Origin: Oscillospiraceae bacterium
Lineage (GTDB): Bacteria > Bacillota > Clostridia > Oscillospirales > CAG-272
DNA: 64,000 nt
Assembly: GCA_015063385.1 (NCBI GenBank)
Contig: SVUG01000008.1
Location: 1,655 to 65,654 of the forward strand
Direction: 5' to 3'
A program made the position numbers and the translations under genes. The number at the start of each line of letters is the position of its first letter. The stretch's first letter is position 1. Under the pieces are notes generated by a model that saw only the letters and a program-made list of their open reading frames with translations, was not told the DNA's origin and made no database searches. This document shows positions 19,593 through 29,869 of the stretch, in pieces.

Positions 19593-20411
19593 TCAGATAG
19601 AATCTTTCATATTAACGTAGTCACCCGAGGGCTCTTTATCAACGAGCACCGCAGGGATAAAGGTGGTGAAGCTCATAGTATACGCCATAGCCGAATCAAA
19701 GCCGCCTACGAGATAGAACTCGCCCTCCCTCTCGCTGACCTCTACGTCAGGAATCGCTTCACCGCGCGAGATTTTTTCAAGCAAGGGAGAAATAACGTCG
19801 CCGTTAAGCTCTATTTCAGGGAAATTGAGCCTCACAGGAGTGATAAACACGCGGTTATACGATTTATCTGATTTCCACTGCTCAAACGCTGTGATAATGC
19901 ACTCGGCAACCTCCTCGGGCGTTGCGTTTGAGGTATCGACTATCAAGGAATAGTTAGACAAATCCTTAATGTTCACACCGTACTGCTCAAGATATCGCTT
20001 CTTCTCGCTCTCGCGGCGCGTGCGCGTAGCCTCTATGGTTTCTTCAAGCGTTGCAGAATGCTCACCGCGGCGGTTAGCGTTCATAATACGCAGAGCACTC
20101 GTTTCAATGTCGCAGGAGAGATACACCTTGAACGTACCGCGCGTGAAATGCCACGCCATACGCGAATCGATAATAAGGAACTTGTCCATATCGGAAAGCT
20201 CAGCTATACCGTCGTCAATCTCATGGTCAATTTCGGGGTGCGTTTCCATGTATTTATTAAGCTCAGTGACGGTCATACCGCGCTTCTCGGCAATAGAGCG
20301 CACTATAGCACCTGTGCAGTAATACTCAGCACCAAGACGTTTGATAAGAATATCCGCGACCGTGCTTTTACCGCTGCCAAGGTCGCCCGCAAGCGAAATT
20401 TTTTCCGTCAT
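19593..20411 (-). CDS. Cytidylate kinase-like protein (type 2) with C-terminal extension
   Basis: ISLAGDLGSGKST P-loop, IDSRMAWHF, RRESEKKRY..YGVN; about 90 extra C-terminal residues; start uncertain (20411/20417/20426). Confidence 0.8.
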   Translation of the reverse strand: MTEKISLAGDLGSGKSTVADILIKRLGAEYYCTGAIVRSIAEKRGMTVTELNKYMETHPEIDHEIDDGIAELSDMDKFLIIDSRMAWHFTRGTFKVYLSCDIETSALRIMNANRRGEHSATLEETIEATRTRRESEKKRYLEQYGVNIKDLSNYSLIVDTSNATPEEVAECIITAFEQWKSDKSYNRVFITPVRLNFPEIELNGDVISPLLEKISRGEAIPDVEVSEREGEFYLVGGFDSAMAYTMSFTTFIPAVLVDKEPSGDYVNMKDSI

Positions 20412-20562
20412 ACCCATCTCCGACATAATATTTTTAACTAAATTATTATAATATAATTTGTTTAAGTTGTCAAGGCTGTTTTTGAATTTTATTGTTTTCT
20501 GCTTTTTCCCGAATAATTTTGCCTGATATGGCAAGAATAGGTTTACATCGAACTAGGAAAGG

Positions 20563-21249
20563 ATGAAGAAAATGGATAAACAAATCAAATTCAGCGAGCA
20601 GCCAATGAAGGTTAAAATTATTTACGTTGCGGTGCTTGCAGTGCTTTGCATCACGGCGGTGGTTATCGGAATCGTTTCGGTAGCATCGAAGAAGGACGAG
20701 GTGCCTGACGGCACCGAAAATCCGCCCGTAAGCGACGGCTCGGGCGAAAATACCGACAACGGCGGTGACACCGGTGAGGAGGAAAACAAAAAGCCCGAAA
20801 AGCTCACTATGACATCTCCCGTTGTAGGTGAGATTACGAAATCGCACAGTCTCGATATGCCCGTATTCTCTACCACCCTCAACGAGTGGCGCGTGCACAC
20901 GGGAATTGACATTTCCGCAGCGGAGGGCTCAGAGGTGTTTGCCGCAGCGTCCGGAACGGTAAGCCGCGTTTACAATGACCCATTCCTTGGAAAAACCGTA
21001 GAAATCACCCATGACGGCGGTGTCGTCAGCGTGTATTCCAATTTGCAGAACACAGGCATTGAGGTAAGCGAGGGACAGGCGGTTTCTGCAGGGGCAAAAA
21101 TCGGTCTTGTGGGTGACACCTCGCTCTCCGAGCTTGCAGACGAGGGACATCTGCACTTTGCCGTTAAGGTGAACGGTGTCAGCGTAAATCCTCTCGATTA
21201 TATCTCCGAGGAATCGCAGAAGGCGTCTCTCGGAATTGCCGAGGTATAA
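20563..21249 (+). CDS. M23 peptidase, SpoIIQ-like
   Basis: N-terminal TM, acidic linker, HTGID and HLHF motifs, VNPLDY. Confidence 0.8.
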   Translation: MKKMDKQIKFSEQPMKVKIIYVAVLAVLCITAVVIGIVSVASKKDEVPDGTENPPVSDGSGENTDNGGDTGEEENKKPEKLTMTSPVVGEITKSHSLDMPVFSTTLNEWRVHTGIDISAAEGSEVFAAASGTVSRVYNDPFLGKTVEITHDGGVVSVYSNLQNTGIEVSEGQAVSAGAKIGLVGDTSLSELADEGHLHFAVKVNGVSVNPLDYISEESQKASLGIAEV

Positions 21250-21373
21250 TGCTCGAAGAATACGCCAAGGTTATTGACAATCGATTAAAATTGTGATATA
21301 GTATATCCGTCGGGGACTTCTATCCGCGAAGCCCCGACGATTTTCTTTTTCAAAAGCAAGGAGTATTAAAGGA

Positions 21374-22573
21374 ATGACCAACGTTGCTATACTCGGATTT
21401 GGCGTCGTGGGCGGCGGTGTCGCCGACCTGTTGACCAAGAATTCTGCTGAGGTTAAAAAGCTTGGCGGTGACGAGATTAACATTAAATATATTCTTGATT
21501 TGCGCGATTTTCCCGACTCGCCATTTGCCGATAAGGTGGTACACGACTATAACGTTATCGTGGACGACCCCGAGGTTGACTGCATAATCGAGGTTATGGG
21601 CGGCTCGCACCCAGCGTACGAGTACACAATGGCGGCACTCAAGGCGGGCAAGAGCGTTATCACCTCTAACAAAGAGGTTGTCGCAAACTTTGGTGACGAA
21701 TTTCTCGCGGCGGCAGAGGCTTCGGGCGTTAGTTATCGCTTTGAGGCGGCAGTTGGCGGCGGTATTCCTGTAATTTCTCCTATGATAAACTGCATCGGTC
21801 AGAATAAAATCACCGAGGTGCGCGGTATTCTCAACGGCACGACCAACTACATTTTAACGAAGATGTTTTCATTCGGCGCAGGCTTTGAGGAGTCCTTAAA
21901 GGACGCGCAGGAGCGCGGATACGCGGAGCGCAATCCCGACGCTGACATTCTCGGCACTGACGCGTGCAGAAAAATTGCTATTCTCTCTTCTCTTGCGACC
22001 GGCAGACTCGTGCCCACCGAAAATATTCACACCGAGGGCATCACCGGAATTCGCAAGGCAGACGTCAAGGCGGCTGAGAAGCTCGGCATGAGCATCAAGC
22101 TCCTTGGCAGAAGCATTATCGCAGATGACGGCACTTACATTATGGTTGCCCCCTTTATGATTGGCAAGGATTCTCCCCTTTCAAACGTTTCGGGCGTTTA
22201 CAACGCGATTGAGGTGCTCGGTGAGCCTATCGGCAGCGTTATGTTCTACGGACCCGGCGCAGGTGCAGGTGCAACCGCATCGGCAGTCGTTGGCGACTTG
22301 ATGCAGGTTATGTGCTCCGGCAGAGCCTGTGCGCAGCCTACTATGATAAAGAGCCTCGACGGTGTATGCGACTTTGCTGAATTTGAGTCGAGACAGTATA
22401 TTGCTCTATCGGGCGCTGACCAGAACTCTATCACCGCTTCATTCGGTGAGGTTCAGTTCATTCCCGCAGACGAGGAAATCGCTTTTATTACCAAAAAAAT
22501 GCGCGAGGGTGACGTAGAAGCAAAGCTCGAATCACTCGGTGCTGAAATAAAATCCAGAATAAGACTTGCTTGA
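21374..22573 (+). CDS. hom: Homoserine dehydrogenase
   Basis: GFGVVGGG, EAAVGGGIP, GILNGTTNYIL. Confidence 0.95.
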   Translation: MTNVAILGFGVVGGGVADLLTKNSAEVKKLGGDEINIKYILDLRDFPDSPFADKVVHDYNVIVDDPEVDCIIEVMGGSHPAYEYTMAALKAGKSVITSNKEVVANFGDEFLAAAEASGVSYRFEAAVGGGIPVISPMINCIGQNKITEVRGILNGTTNYILTKMFSFGAGFEESLKDAQERGYAERNPDADILGTDACRKIAILSSLATGRLVPTENIHTEGITGIRKADVKAAEKLGMSIKLLGRSIIADDGTYIMVAPFMIGKDSPLSNVSGVYNAIEVLGEPIGSVMFYGPGAGAGATASAVVGDLMQVMCSGRACAQPTMIKSLDGVCDFAEFESRQYIALSGADQNSITASFGEVQFIPADEEIAFITKKMREGDVEAKLESLGAEIKSRIRLA

Positions 22574-22586
22574 GGGGGACGCTAAA

Positions 22587-23606
22587 ATGATGAAGGTATT
22601 GCCTTGGATGTATAATCACGATATAATTGCAAATATCAAGCCCGAATATCGATACGACGGAAAGGAGCCCTTTGAGGTCTGGCAGAAGAAGGCTAAGGAA
22701 AAGCTCTATGAGCTTCTCGGTATGAAAAATATCAGAAAGGCTGACGACACTCACTTCACTATTGAGCACGTCAAGGAAACCGACGAGTACACCGAATATC
22801 GCTTCACTCTTGAGAGTGAGGTTGGCTATGTATTTCCCTCGGTTATGAGAGTTCCCAAGGGAATCGAGGGCAAAATGCCGGTTATGATTTGCCTTCAGGG
22901 TCACTCAACCGGTATGCACATCTCGCTCGGCACTCCTATCTTTGAGCGCGACTTTGCTTCGATTGCCGGAGGCGACCGTGACTTTGTCGTTCGCGGTGTT
23001 AAAGAGGGCTTTATTTCGGTTGCAGTTGAGCAAAGAAACTTCGGTGAGTGCGGCGGTCACCCGGAAAAGGGTGTGCCGATGTGCCACGTTTCCTCTATGA
23101 GTGCTATTATCAACGGCAGAACGACTATCGGTGAGAGAATTCACGACGTCTCCTGCGTAATTGATGCACTTATCGAAAACTTCGACTTTGTTGATGCAGA
23201 TAACATCAACCTTATGGGCAACTCGGGTGGCGGTACCGCTACATATTACGCTGCCTGCCTTGAGGAGAGAATCAAGCTCGCTATGCCCTCCTGCGCGGTA
23301 TGCACATACAAGCATTCTATCGCTGCTATGGAGCATTGCGTATGCAACTTTATCCCTAATATCGCAAACTATTTCGATATGGGCGACCTTGCGGGTATGA
23401 TTGCACCCAGAAAGCTCGTTGTGGTTAACGGAAGGCAGGACGACATCTTCCCTGACGAGGGTGTGCGTGAGAGCTTTGAGATTATTAAGAAGATGTACGA
23501 GGCGGCAGGTGTTCCCGACAACTGCGCGCTCGTCACAGGCGAGGGCGGTCACCGCTTCTACGCCGACGACGCTTGGCCTGTTGCCAAGGAGCTTATGAGT
23601 AAATAA
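22587..23606 (+). CDS. Alpha/beta hydrolase (dienelactone hydrolase/acetylxylan esterase-like)
   Basis: GNSGGG nucleophile motif, GGHRF. Confidence 0.8.
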   Translation: MMKVLPWMYNHDIIANIKPEYRYDGKEPFEVWQKKAKEKLYELLGMKNIRKADDTHFTIEHVKETDEYTEYRFTLESEVGYVFPSVMRVPKGIEGKMPVMICLQGHSTGMHISLGTPIFERDFASIAGGDRDFVVRGVKEGFISVAVEQRNFGECGGHPEKGVPMCHVSSMSAIINGRTTIGERIHDVSCVIDALIENFDFVDADNINLMGNSGGGTATYYAACLEERIKLAMPSCAVCTYKHSIAAMEHCVCNFIPNIANYFDMGDLAGMIAPRKLVVVNGRQDDIFPDEGVRESFEIIKKMYEAAGVPDNCALVTGEGGHRFYADDAWPVAKELMSK

Positions 23607-23609
23607 ACC

Positions 23610-23641
23610 AAAAGGACACGGTCAAAGCCGTGTCCTTTTTT
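23610..23641. terminator. Bidirectional terminator
   Basis: aaaaggacacgg-tcaaag-ccgtgtcctttt. Confidence 0.85.
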
Positions 23642-23840
23642 AGTCCTCAATATATTCCATTATATCCTCAATTTTACAGTTAAGTACCGCGCAGAGTTTG
23701 TTAAGCGTTTTAGTTTCTATATTATCGTTGGCTTTAAGGCGTCGAACCGTCTTGCTGTCAATTCCGCACTCCTCACGCAACTTGTAGGTAGATATTCCTT
23801 TTTGTTCCATAGTTTTCCAAAGTCTATCAAAAACAATCAT
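23640..23840 (-). CDS. Small Cro/C1-type HTH regulator
   Basis: MIVFDRLWKTMEQKGISTYKL...TLNKLCAVLNCKIEDIMEY. Confidence 0.85.
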   Translation of the reverse strand: MIVFDRLWKTMEQKGISTYKLREECGIDSKTVRRLKANDNIETKTLNKLCAVLNCKIEDIMEYIED

Positions 23841-23856
23841 TTTTTTCAAATCCCCC

Positions 23857-23912
23857 TTGACAATAAATATTATGGGGGTTATAATCTAAAATATTAAGGG
23901 GATATAATCCCC
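23857..23912 (+). promoter_or_regulatory. Sigma-A promoter with candidate operator sites
   Basis: TTGACA(23857)-17-TATAAT(23880); palindrome GGGGATATAATCCCC at 23898-23912 and a related GGGGGTTATAATC overlapping the -10. Confidence 0.65.
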
Positions 23913-23938
23913 ATATCTCAAAAAGGTGAGGACACAAT

Positions 23939-24181
23939 ATGGAATTATGGGAAGAATTGCTTTGCAATGCCGTAATCAAGGCTAACGTTGAAATAAAATT
24001 TCCAAACGATTTTGACTTGAACAAGATTATTGAAAACAAGTGCTATAAAGCGCTGAAGGCAATTAAAGAAATTATTGAAGACGATGAACTAGAAGACGAA
24101 GAGTGCTTCGAAAGGATAGAGGAAATAGTATGTGTGTTTGAATCTATCGGTAGTAATGGTGGAAGTCGCCACGATTTTTAA
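23939..24181 (+). CDS. Small acidic hypothetical protein
   Basis: GAGG RBS; CYKALKAIKEII...ECFERIEEIV...RHDF. Confidence 0.75.
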   Translation: MELWEELLCNAVIKANVEIKFPNDFDLNKIIENKCYKALKAIKEIIEDDELEDEECFERIEEIVCVFESIGSNGGSRHDF

Positions 24182-25432
24182 TTAAAATTCCGACAGCTCT
24201 ACGATTCTGTTCGATTTTTTGAGTATTGCAGAAAGAGTTATAATCGACATGCAGACGAGAATAAGGTCGGTTGCTGAAAGAAGAAATGCAGAGGAAATAT
24301 ATCCGGAAAGAAGAATGAACAGACAAAAAATCGGGGCGAAAAGCGGCACTAATGAATGAAAATAAAGAGCAACGCACTCCTCACCGTAGGAATACCAGCA
24401 GATTATGGTCGAATAGGCAAAGGCAAAAATCAAGGCTAAGAGAATATATCCCGAAAATTCTCCCAGCGTGCCGACGAATGCCGCGTTTACAAGCGACATA
24501 GGGGTGGAAAACGCACCAATATCGTCAACCGAAAGTAAAATTACGAAAGCCGTCAGCATACATAGCACGGTAGTGTCAAAGAACACCTCGCACATGCCGA
24601 AAAGGCCTGCAACCGACGGTTCTCGCTCACGCGAGCGAGAGTGACCCAGAGCAGACGTGCCTGCGCCTGCCTCGTTTGATAAAATTCCTCTGGCAAAGCC
24701 CTCCTTTATCGCTATAAGCGACAGCGACGAGAGTGCGCCGCCAAGAGCCGCCTCTGCTCTAAATGCAGAAGAGAAAATCCTCAAAACAACCGATGGGATT
24801 TTATAGAAGTTCAAGCAAATTACGCAAAATGACATCAATATGTAAATTATAGTTGTCAAAGGAATGATAATTTCGGTTAAACTCTCAATTTTTTCTCCGT
24901 TGCCTTTTATAACGGGAAAAAGTAAAATTATAAGAAAGAGGGCGACGGCGAGCTTCTTAATTCCAAGATTTTCAGAAGCGACGTCTATAAGTGCCGCCCC
25001 CTGCATTGCAGAGCCCATGAAAAGTGCAAGAGCTACCGTCAAAGCGGCACAGACAGGAGAAAGAAATCTACCGTACCTTGTAAATATCGTTGGAAGCGCG
25101 CTAGCTATACCGCCTTTTTCCATCGGGGCATCAAACACCAGGAGAGTTTCGGAATATTTTATAACCATCGAAAATATTGATGAAATAAACAGCCAAAAGA
25201 CGCTTCCCTCTCCGCCTATCATAATTCCCGCTGCGACACCGAAGATATTGCCGACTCCGAGCGTACCAGCCAGTGCGAGAATCAGTGCTCGCCTCGCCGA
25301 GCGCTCTCTGGCTGCTTCAAGAAAGCTTTTTATAGTTCTTATCGGGTGCAGAATAAAGAAGAATTTTAGCCGAAAAAGCAAAAACACACCAACAAAAGTG
25401 ACCATTATCGGTATCAGAAAAGAAATTTGCAT
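24182..25432 (-). CDS. Alanine/glycine:cation symporter family protein
   Basis: LAGTLGVGNIFG, ARGILSNEAGAG, FAYSTIICW. Confidence 0.85.
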   Translation of the reverse strand: MQISFLIPIMVTFVGVFLLFRLKFFFILHPIRTIKSFLEAARERSARRALILALAGTLGVGNIFGVAAGIMIGGEGSVFWLFISSIFSMVIKYSETLLVFDAPMEKGGIASALPTIFTRYGRFLSPVCAALTVALALFMGSAMQGAALIDVASENLGIKKLAVALFLIILLFPVIKGNGEKIESLTEIIIPLTTIIYILMSFCVICLNFYKIPSVVLRIFSSAFRAEAALGGALSSLSLIAIKEGFARGILSNEAGAGTSALGHSRSREREPSVAGLFGMCEVFFDTTVLCMLTAFVILLSVDDIGAFSTPMSLVNAAFVGTLGEFSGYILLALIFAFAYSTIICWYSYGEECVALYFHSLVPLFAPIFCLFILLSGYISSAFLLSATDLILVCMSIITLSAILKKSNRIVELSEF

Positions 25433-25483
25433 AAAAAATCCTCCGCTAAATAATATGCGGAGGATTTCCTTAAATTGTATTAT

Positions 25484-25975
25484 TTAAAGCAAAAATGCAT
25501 CTACTATCTTCCAGATGATAAACAAAGCCATACCAATTCCAACACCTATCAGTACGTAGTTGTAGAATTTATCAAACTGCTTCTGCTTTTCTTCGTCAGC
25601 GACGTCCTTTGCCTTGTCCTCCTCACTCTCGGCAAGCTCCTCGGGAATCTCGTCAAATTCGTCCTCGGAATCGCTCACCTCGTCAAGCGAAAAGTCATAT
25701 TCGCCCGCATTTATTTTCTTTGCGCGGTCGCGAGCGCTCGTCATAAGCGCGGTGACGGTGGTATAGGTCTGCTTGTCAGGGTCGGAGTCTGCCATTTTAT
25801 TACCTATGCGCTCCATAGCTGCCGAAATTTCGTCAGTATCCCTCGAAAGAGTCGCAGTGTCGAGGTCGGCTGCACACTCCTCGCAGAGATAGCGCGGTGT
25901 GCCGTATGCACCCATTGTCAGTATCGGTGCGTCCTCGGTATCTATTTTAGCGTTGCATATCGAACACTTATCCAT
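25484..25975 (-). CDS. Hypothetical protein with N-terminal CxxC/CxxC and C-terminal membrane anchor
   Basis: CSIC...CEEC, acidic stretch, C-terminal TM. Confidence 0.75.
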   Translation of the reverse strand: MDKCSICNAKIDTEDAPILTMGAYGTPRYLCEECAADLDTATLSRDTDEISAAMERIGNKMADSDPDKQTYTTVTALMTSARDRAKKINAGEYDFSLDEVSDSEDEFDEIPEELAESEEDKAKDVADEEKQKQFDKFYNYVLIGVGIGMALFIIWKIVDAFLL

Positions 25976-25978
25976 TTT

Positions 25979-26137
25979 CTACTCCTTTTTTCCCGACTCG
26001 CCTCTGAGCGATGAACGGAAAAATTTGATATATTCCTCGCGAAGAGCAGCACGCTCGGAGATTTCCTCCTCGGTGAGCTCACGCTCCTTGGCAATTCTGC
26101 CAAGCTCGTTTATCCTGTCAATTTTTGCTTTTTCCAT
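25979..26137 (-). CDS. DUF896 (YnzC-like) protein
   Basis: KIDRINELGR...LTEEE...LREEYI. Confidence 0.85.
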   Translation of the reverse strand: MEKAKIDRINELGRIAKERELTEEEISERAALREEYIKFFRSSLRGESGKKE

Positions 26138-26138
26138 A

Positions 26139-27338
26139 TTATTTTCTCCTATAAAGCTTCGCAAGACCGCCCGTTGCGGTTTCTCTGTAGTGGTGCGAGA
26201 GGTCCTTGCCCGTTTCATACATAGTCTTTATAACCATATCAAGCGAGATTTTTCTCGAACCGGAGAGGAAGTTTGCAAGATTGACAGCGTTTATCGCGCG
26301 CATTGCGGCAACCGCATTTCGCTCAATGCAGGGTATCTGCACGAGACCGCAAATGGGGTCGCAGGTAAGACCGAGATGGTGCTCAAAGGCAATCTCCGAG
26401 GCGTACTCAATCTGGTCGATACCCATTTCAAAGAGCTCACCGAGCGCCGCTGCCGCCATTGAGCAGGCAGTGCCAATCTCCGCCTGGCAGCCACATTCAG
26501 CACCGCTGATAGAGGCGTTGGTTTTCGTAAGCGTGCCTATAAGACCTGCAACTGCAAGCGCCCTGATAATTTCCTCGTCGGAAAATCTGTGCTTTTCCTG
26601 CATATAGCGAAGAACCGACGGAAGCACTGCGCAAGCACCGCAGGTAGGTGCGGTGACAATCGTGCCGTTATCTGCGTTCTGCTCGCTCACCGCGTATGCA
26701 TACGCGCAGACGATGCGGTTTTCCCTCGTCACCTCGCGCTCGTCAATATGGCGCTTGTTGTAAAGCTGCTGCGCCTTTCTCTCAACCTCAAGCCCTCCGG
26801 GAAGAATACCCGATGTTGTGAGTCCTTCGTGGATTGCGTTCTGCATCACACCCCACACTTCAAAAAGGAACTCGCGTATTCCCTCACCCTCACGCATGAG
26901 AACGTAGTCTGAAAGCCTTATTTCATTTGCTTTACAATATTCTGCAATAGCGGTAAAGCTGCTTTGAGGATAGACGTCTGAAGCATCATCACCTTCTCTG
27001 CCCTCAATCTCAATATCTCCGCCGCCGACGCTCATAACACGCATTTTACTGATGCGCTCGCCGCCAACGACCGAGTAAATATCCATGGTATTCTCGTGCG
27101 GCAGGTCGCGGTCGTCAGTATTGATTATAATTTCCACAGACTTGTCTGTCGCAGCCTTGATAGCCTTATCGGTGCCGTGTCCCTCACCCGTGTCGGCAAG
27201 TGAACCGAATAGAACGACCACGTAGCTATCCGCCTCGGGATGCTCACTGACGTAGATGCTCATAGCCTTCGCCGGTCCCATAGTATGAGAGCTGGAGGGG
27301 CCCTTACCTATCTTATATATATCTCTTATGGACTTCAT
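26139..27338 (-). CDS. sdaA: L-serine dehydratase, iron-sulfur, fused single chain
   Basis: GPSSSHTMGP, TAPTCGAC, GCQAEIG, GLTCDPICGLVQIPCIERN. Confidence 0.93.
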   Translation of the reverse strand: MKSIRDIYKIGKGPSSSHTMGPAKAMSIYVSEHPEADSYVVVLFGSLADTGEGHGTDKAIKAATDKSVEIIINTDDRDLPHENTMDIYSVVGGERISKMRVMSVGGGDIEIEGREGDDASDVYPQSSFTAIAEYCKANEIRLSDYVLMREGEGIREFLFEVWGVMQNAIHEGLTTSGILPGGLEVERKAQQLYNKRHIDEREVTRENRIVCAYAYAVSEQNADNGTIVTAPTCGACAVLPSVLRYMQEKHRFSDEEIIRALAVAGLIGTLTKTNASISGAECGCQAEIGTACSMAAAALGELFEMGIDQIEYASEIAFEHHLGLTCDPICGLVQIPCIERNAVAAMRAINAVNLANFLSGSRKISLDMVIKTMYETGKDLSHHYRETATGGLAKLYRRK

Positions 27339-27410
27339 AAAATGCTCCTTAAGAATTCGTTTTCTTTATTTTAACATATTAAAATAAAATATGCAAGGAA
27401 AACTCACATT

Positions 27411-27950
27411 TTATTTAACATTCAAAAAGCGGTGTGGTATTTTCTTGGAAATACAGTATGCCAAATAAATTTTAAAAGCATCGGGAATTACAAACGGAGC
27501 TACGCAGGTCAGAAGAACTGCGCCCAGTGTTTTTTCACCGTTTGCGTATACAAATGTAAACCAAAGTGTGCCAAACGCATAGATTGAAGCAAGGCAAACA
27601 GCGGAATTTATAATTTTAAAAATCTCTCTTTTGGGTAAAACTACGTCTAGCAGCCAAAAGATGAGCGAGCCGAAAAGCATACCGATAATATAGCCGCCCG
27701 TAGCATCAAGAAGCCTTGCAGCTCCGCCCGTGAAGCCTGAAAATATCGGAAGCCCGAGCGTGCCGAGAAGCAGATATACGAAAACGGCAATGCTGCCGTC
27801 CCTGCCACCGAGAATGAAAAGGGCACAAAACATAACGAGCGTCTGCATAGTTATCGGAATGGGAAGCGGAATATAAATCAATGCGCTCACAGCCATAAGT
27901 GCTGCAAAAAGCGAGATTTTAGTCAGAGTTCTTGTAAAATCCTTGCTCAT
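27411..27950 (-). CDS. bioY: Biotin ECF transporter S component
   Basis: IPITMQT, GLPIFSG, TGGYIIG, PFVIPD. Confidence 0.9.
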   Translation of the reverse strand: MSKDFTRTLTKISLFAALMAVSALIYIPLPIPITMQTLVMFCALFILGGRDGSIAVFVYLLLGTLGLPIFSGFTGGAARLLDATGGYIIGMLFGSLIFWLLDVVLPKREIFKIINSAVCLASIYAFGTLWFTFVYANGEKTLGAVLLTCVAPFVIPDAFKIYLAYCISKKIPHRFLNVK

Positions 27951-28128
27951 ATTGCCCTCCTCTCTTTTTCTAATGTATTTTACCATCAAGCAGGTAATTT
28001 GTCAAGTTTTTGCGCGCTCATGTAGAAATGTTCATATTTTTATGATAAAATATCTCTTAACCGTATGGCAAGCCAACTCGCAAGCCATGCGCTTAACCGA
28101 AATAAAATCAAAGCCTTTGAGGTGAAAA

Positions 28129-29832
28129 ATGAAAATGAATTTTAATTTATCGGAATTTTTAGAAAAAATCTTTGGAGGTGGCAAGGAAAAAAGCCTGCGT
28201 ACAAGAATAATCACGTCGCTGATTATCGGAGTGCTTACGGCGGCTATTATTTTCTATCTTTTCCTTCCGCCGATAAACATATTTGCAGAGGGCTTCTGGA
28301 TTTATCTTCTCGTGGTAATTCTCGCGTTCTCGATTCCGTTCTTCAAATTCTCTGACGGTCAGGTGAGCATAACCGACCGAAACGGAAAAATAAGCAAAAA
28401 AATCGTGGGCGGCACTAACAAGTGGATTGTAATTGCCCTGCTCGTACCGATTGCCGTGCTGGCAATAGGCAGCATTATTTCTTCCCCTATCTTTAACGCA
28501 AGAAGATACGCGAGCATAATTGAGGTCAAGGAGTCCGACTTTGCTGCAGACCTTCCCGAAACGAGCGAGGTCACCAATATTGCTCTCATGGATACCGATT
28601 CGGCAAGAATACTCGGCAACCGAACGCTCGGCTCACTCTCTCACGTCGTGTCGCAGTACACCGTCAGCCCCCAATATACACAGATTAACTATAAGAATAC
28701 TCCGAAAAAGGTGACCAACCTTGAGTACGACGGCTTCTTTAAGTGGATTGGAAACAGAGAAAACGGCATACCCGGTATGGTTGTGGTTGACCCGGTTAAA
28801 AGCAGTGCCGAATACGTAGAGCTTGCCGAGCCTATGCACTACGTTGAGAGCGGCTATTTCGGGGACGATCTGATTCGTAAGCTTCGCTTTGCGTATCCCA
28901 CCAAGATTTTCGATTATGAATCGATCAGCTTCGAGATTGACGACGAGGGAAACCCCTATTATATCGTATCCTGCTACAAGCCTCGCGTTGCGCTCTTCGG
29001 CGCTCGTGACGTATCCGAGGTAATTATCTTTGACCCGACCGATGCTTCAAGCGAGATTTACGACGTAAAGGATACTCCCTCGTGGGTTGATATAGTTTAC
29101 GACGGTTATCTTGCAACCGAAAAATATAATTGGCACGGAACTCTCTCGGGCGGTTATATCAACAGCATCATAGGAAACGTCGGCTGTAAAATGGCAACAG
29201 ATGATTTCGGATATATCGTAATTGATGACGACGTATGGTATTTCACAGGTGTGACGAGTGCGGTTTCCGACGATAAGTCAAACATCGGCTTCATTCTCTC
29301 AAACGCCAGAACGGGCGAGTATAAATTCTACTCCGTAATAGGCGCAGAGGAGCATTCGGCTATGGACGCAGCCGAGGGTGAAATTCAGGAAAAGGGCTAC
29401 GTTGCCTCCTTCCCCTCTCTCGTTAACGTTTTAGGTCAGCCAACCTATATTATGGTTTTGAAAAACAATGCGGGAATCGTTGAGCGATACGCTCTCGTTA
29501 ACGTTCAGAACTACAGCCTCGTAGCCATAGGCACGACTCAGGCAGAGGCTATGGCTGAATATAAAAAGGTTCTCAAGCAAGGCAATATCGACGTAGGCGG
29601 CAGCGACGACACCCAGGAAACCACCGTCACGATAAAGGACGTGGAAATCGTTATGCTCTCGGGCGTAGCAACGGTGTACCTAAAGGCTGATGACGGCTGT
29701 GTTTACAAGGGCTTCCTTGAGTCCGACGAGGCTCTTATTCTCATTGAACCGGAAAGCAAGCTGAAAATCAATTACACCGATAGTGATATTGACAAAATAT
29801 TTATAATTTCAAGCTGGGAATTCTCAGAATAA
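28129..29832 (+). CDS. Conserved hypothetical membrane protein with large extracellular domain
   Basis: Three N-terminal TMs followed by a soluble domain; GAGG RBS. Confidence 0.75.
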   Translation: MKMNFNLSEFLEKIFGGGKEKSLRTRIITSLIIGVLTAAIIFYLFLPPINIFAEGFWIYLLVVILAFSIPFFKFSDGQVSITDRNGKISKKIVGGTNKWIVIALLVPIAVLAIGSIISSPIFNARRYASIIEVKESDFAADLPETSEVTNIALMDTDSARILGNRTLGSLSHVVSQYTVSPQYTQINYKNTPKKVTNLEYDGFFKWIGNRENGIPGMVVVDPVKSSAEYVELAEPMHYVESGYFGDDLIRKLRFAYPTKIFDYESISFEIDDEGNPYYIVSCYKPRVALFGARDVSEVIIFDPTDASSEIYDVKDTPSWVDIVYDGYLATEKYNWHGTLSGGYINSIIGNVGCKMATDDFGYIVIDDDVWYFTGVTSAVSDDKSNIGFILSNARTGEYKFYSVIGAEEHSAMDAAEGEIQEKGYVASFPSLVNVLGQPTYIMVLKNNAGIVERYALVNVQNYSLVAIGTTQAEAMAEYKKVLKQGNIDVGGSDDTQETTVTIKDVEIVMLSGVATVYLKADDGCVYKGFLESDEALILIEPESKLKINYTDSDIDKIFIISSWEFSE

Positions 29833-29836
29833 AGCT

Positions 29837-29864
29837 AAAGGCTACCGCATTTCGCGGTAGCCTT
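29837..29864. terminator. Bidirectional terminator
   Basis: aaggctaccgc-atttc-gcggtagcctt. Confidence 0.8.
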
Positions 29865-29869
29865 ATATT

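Noticed and set aside
20511-20539. Sigma-F promoter for the SpoIIQ-like gene (GAATA-14-GGCAAGAATA)
   Set aside because: Plausible, but the spacing is one base short of consensus and cannot be supported without data.
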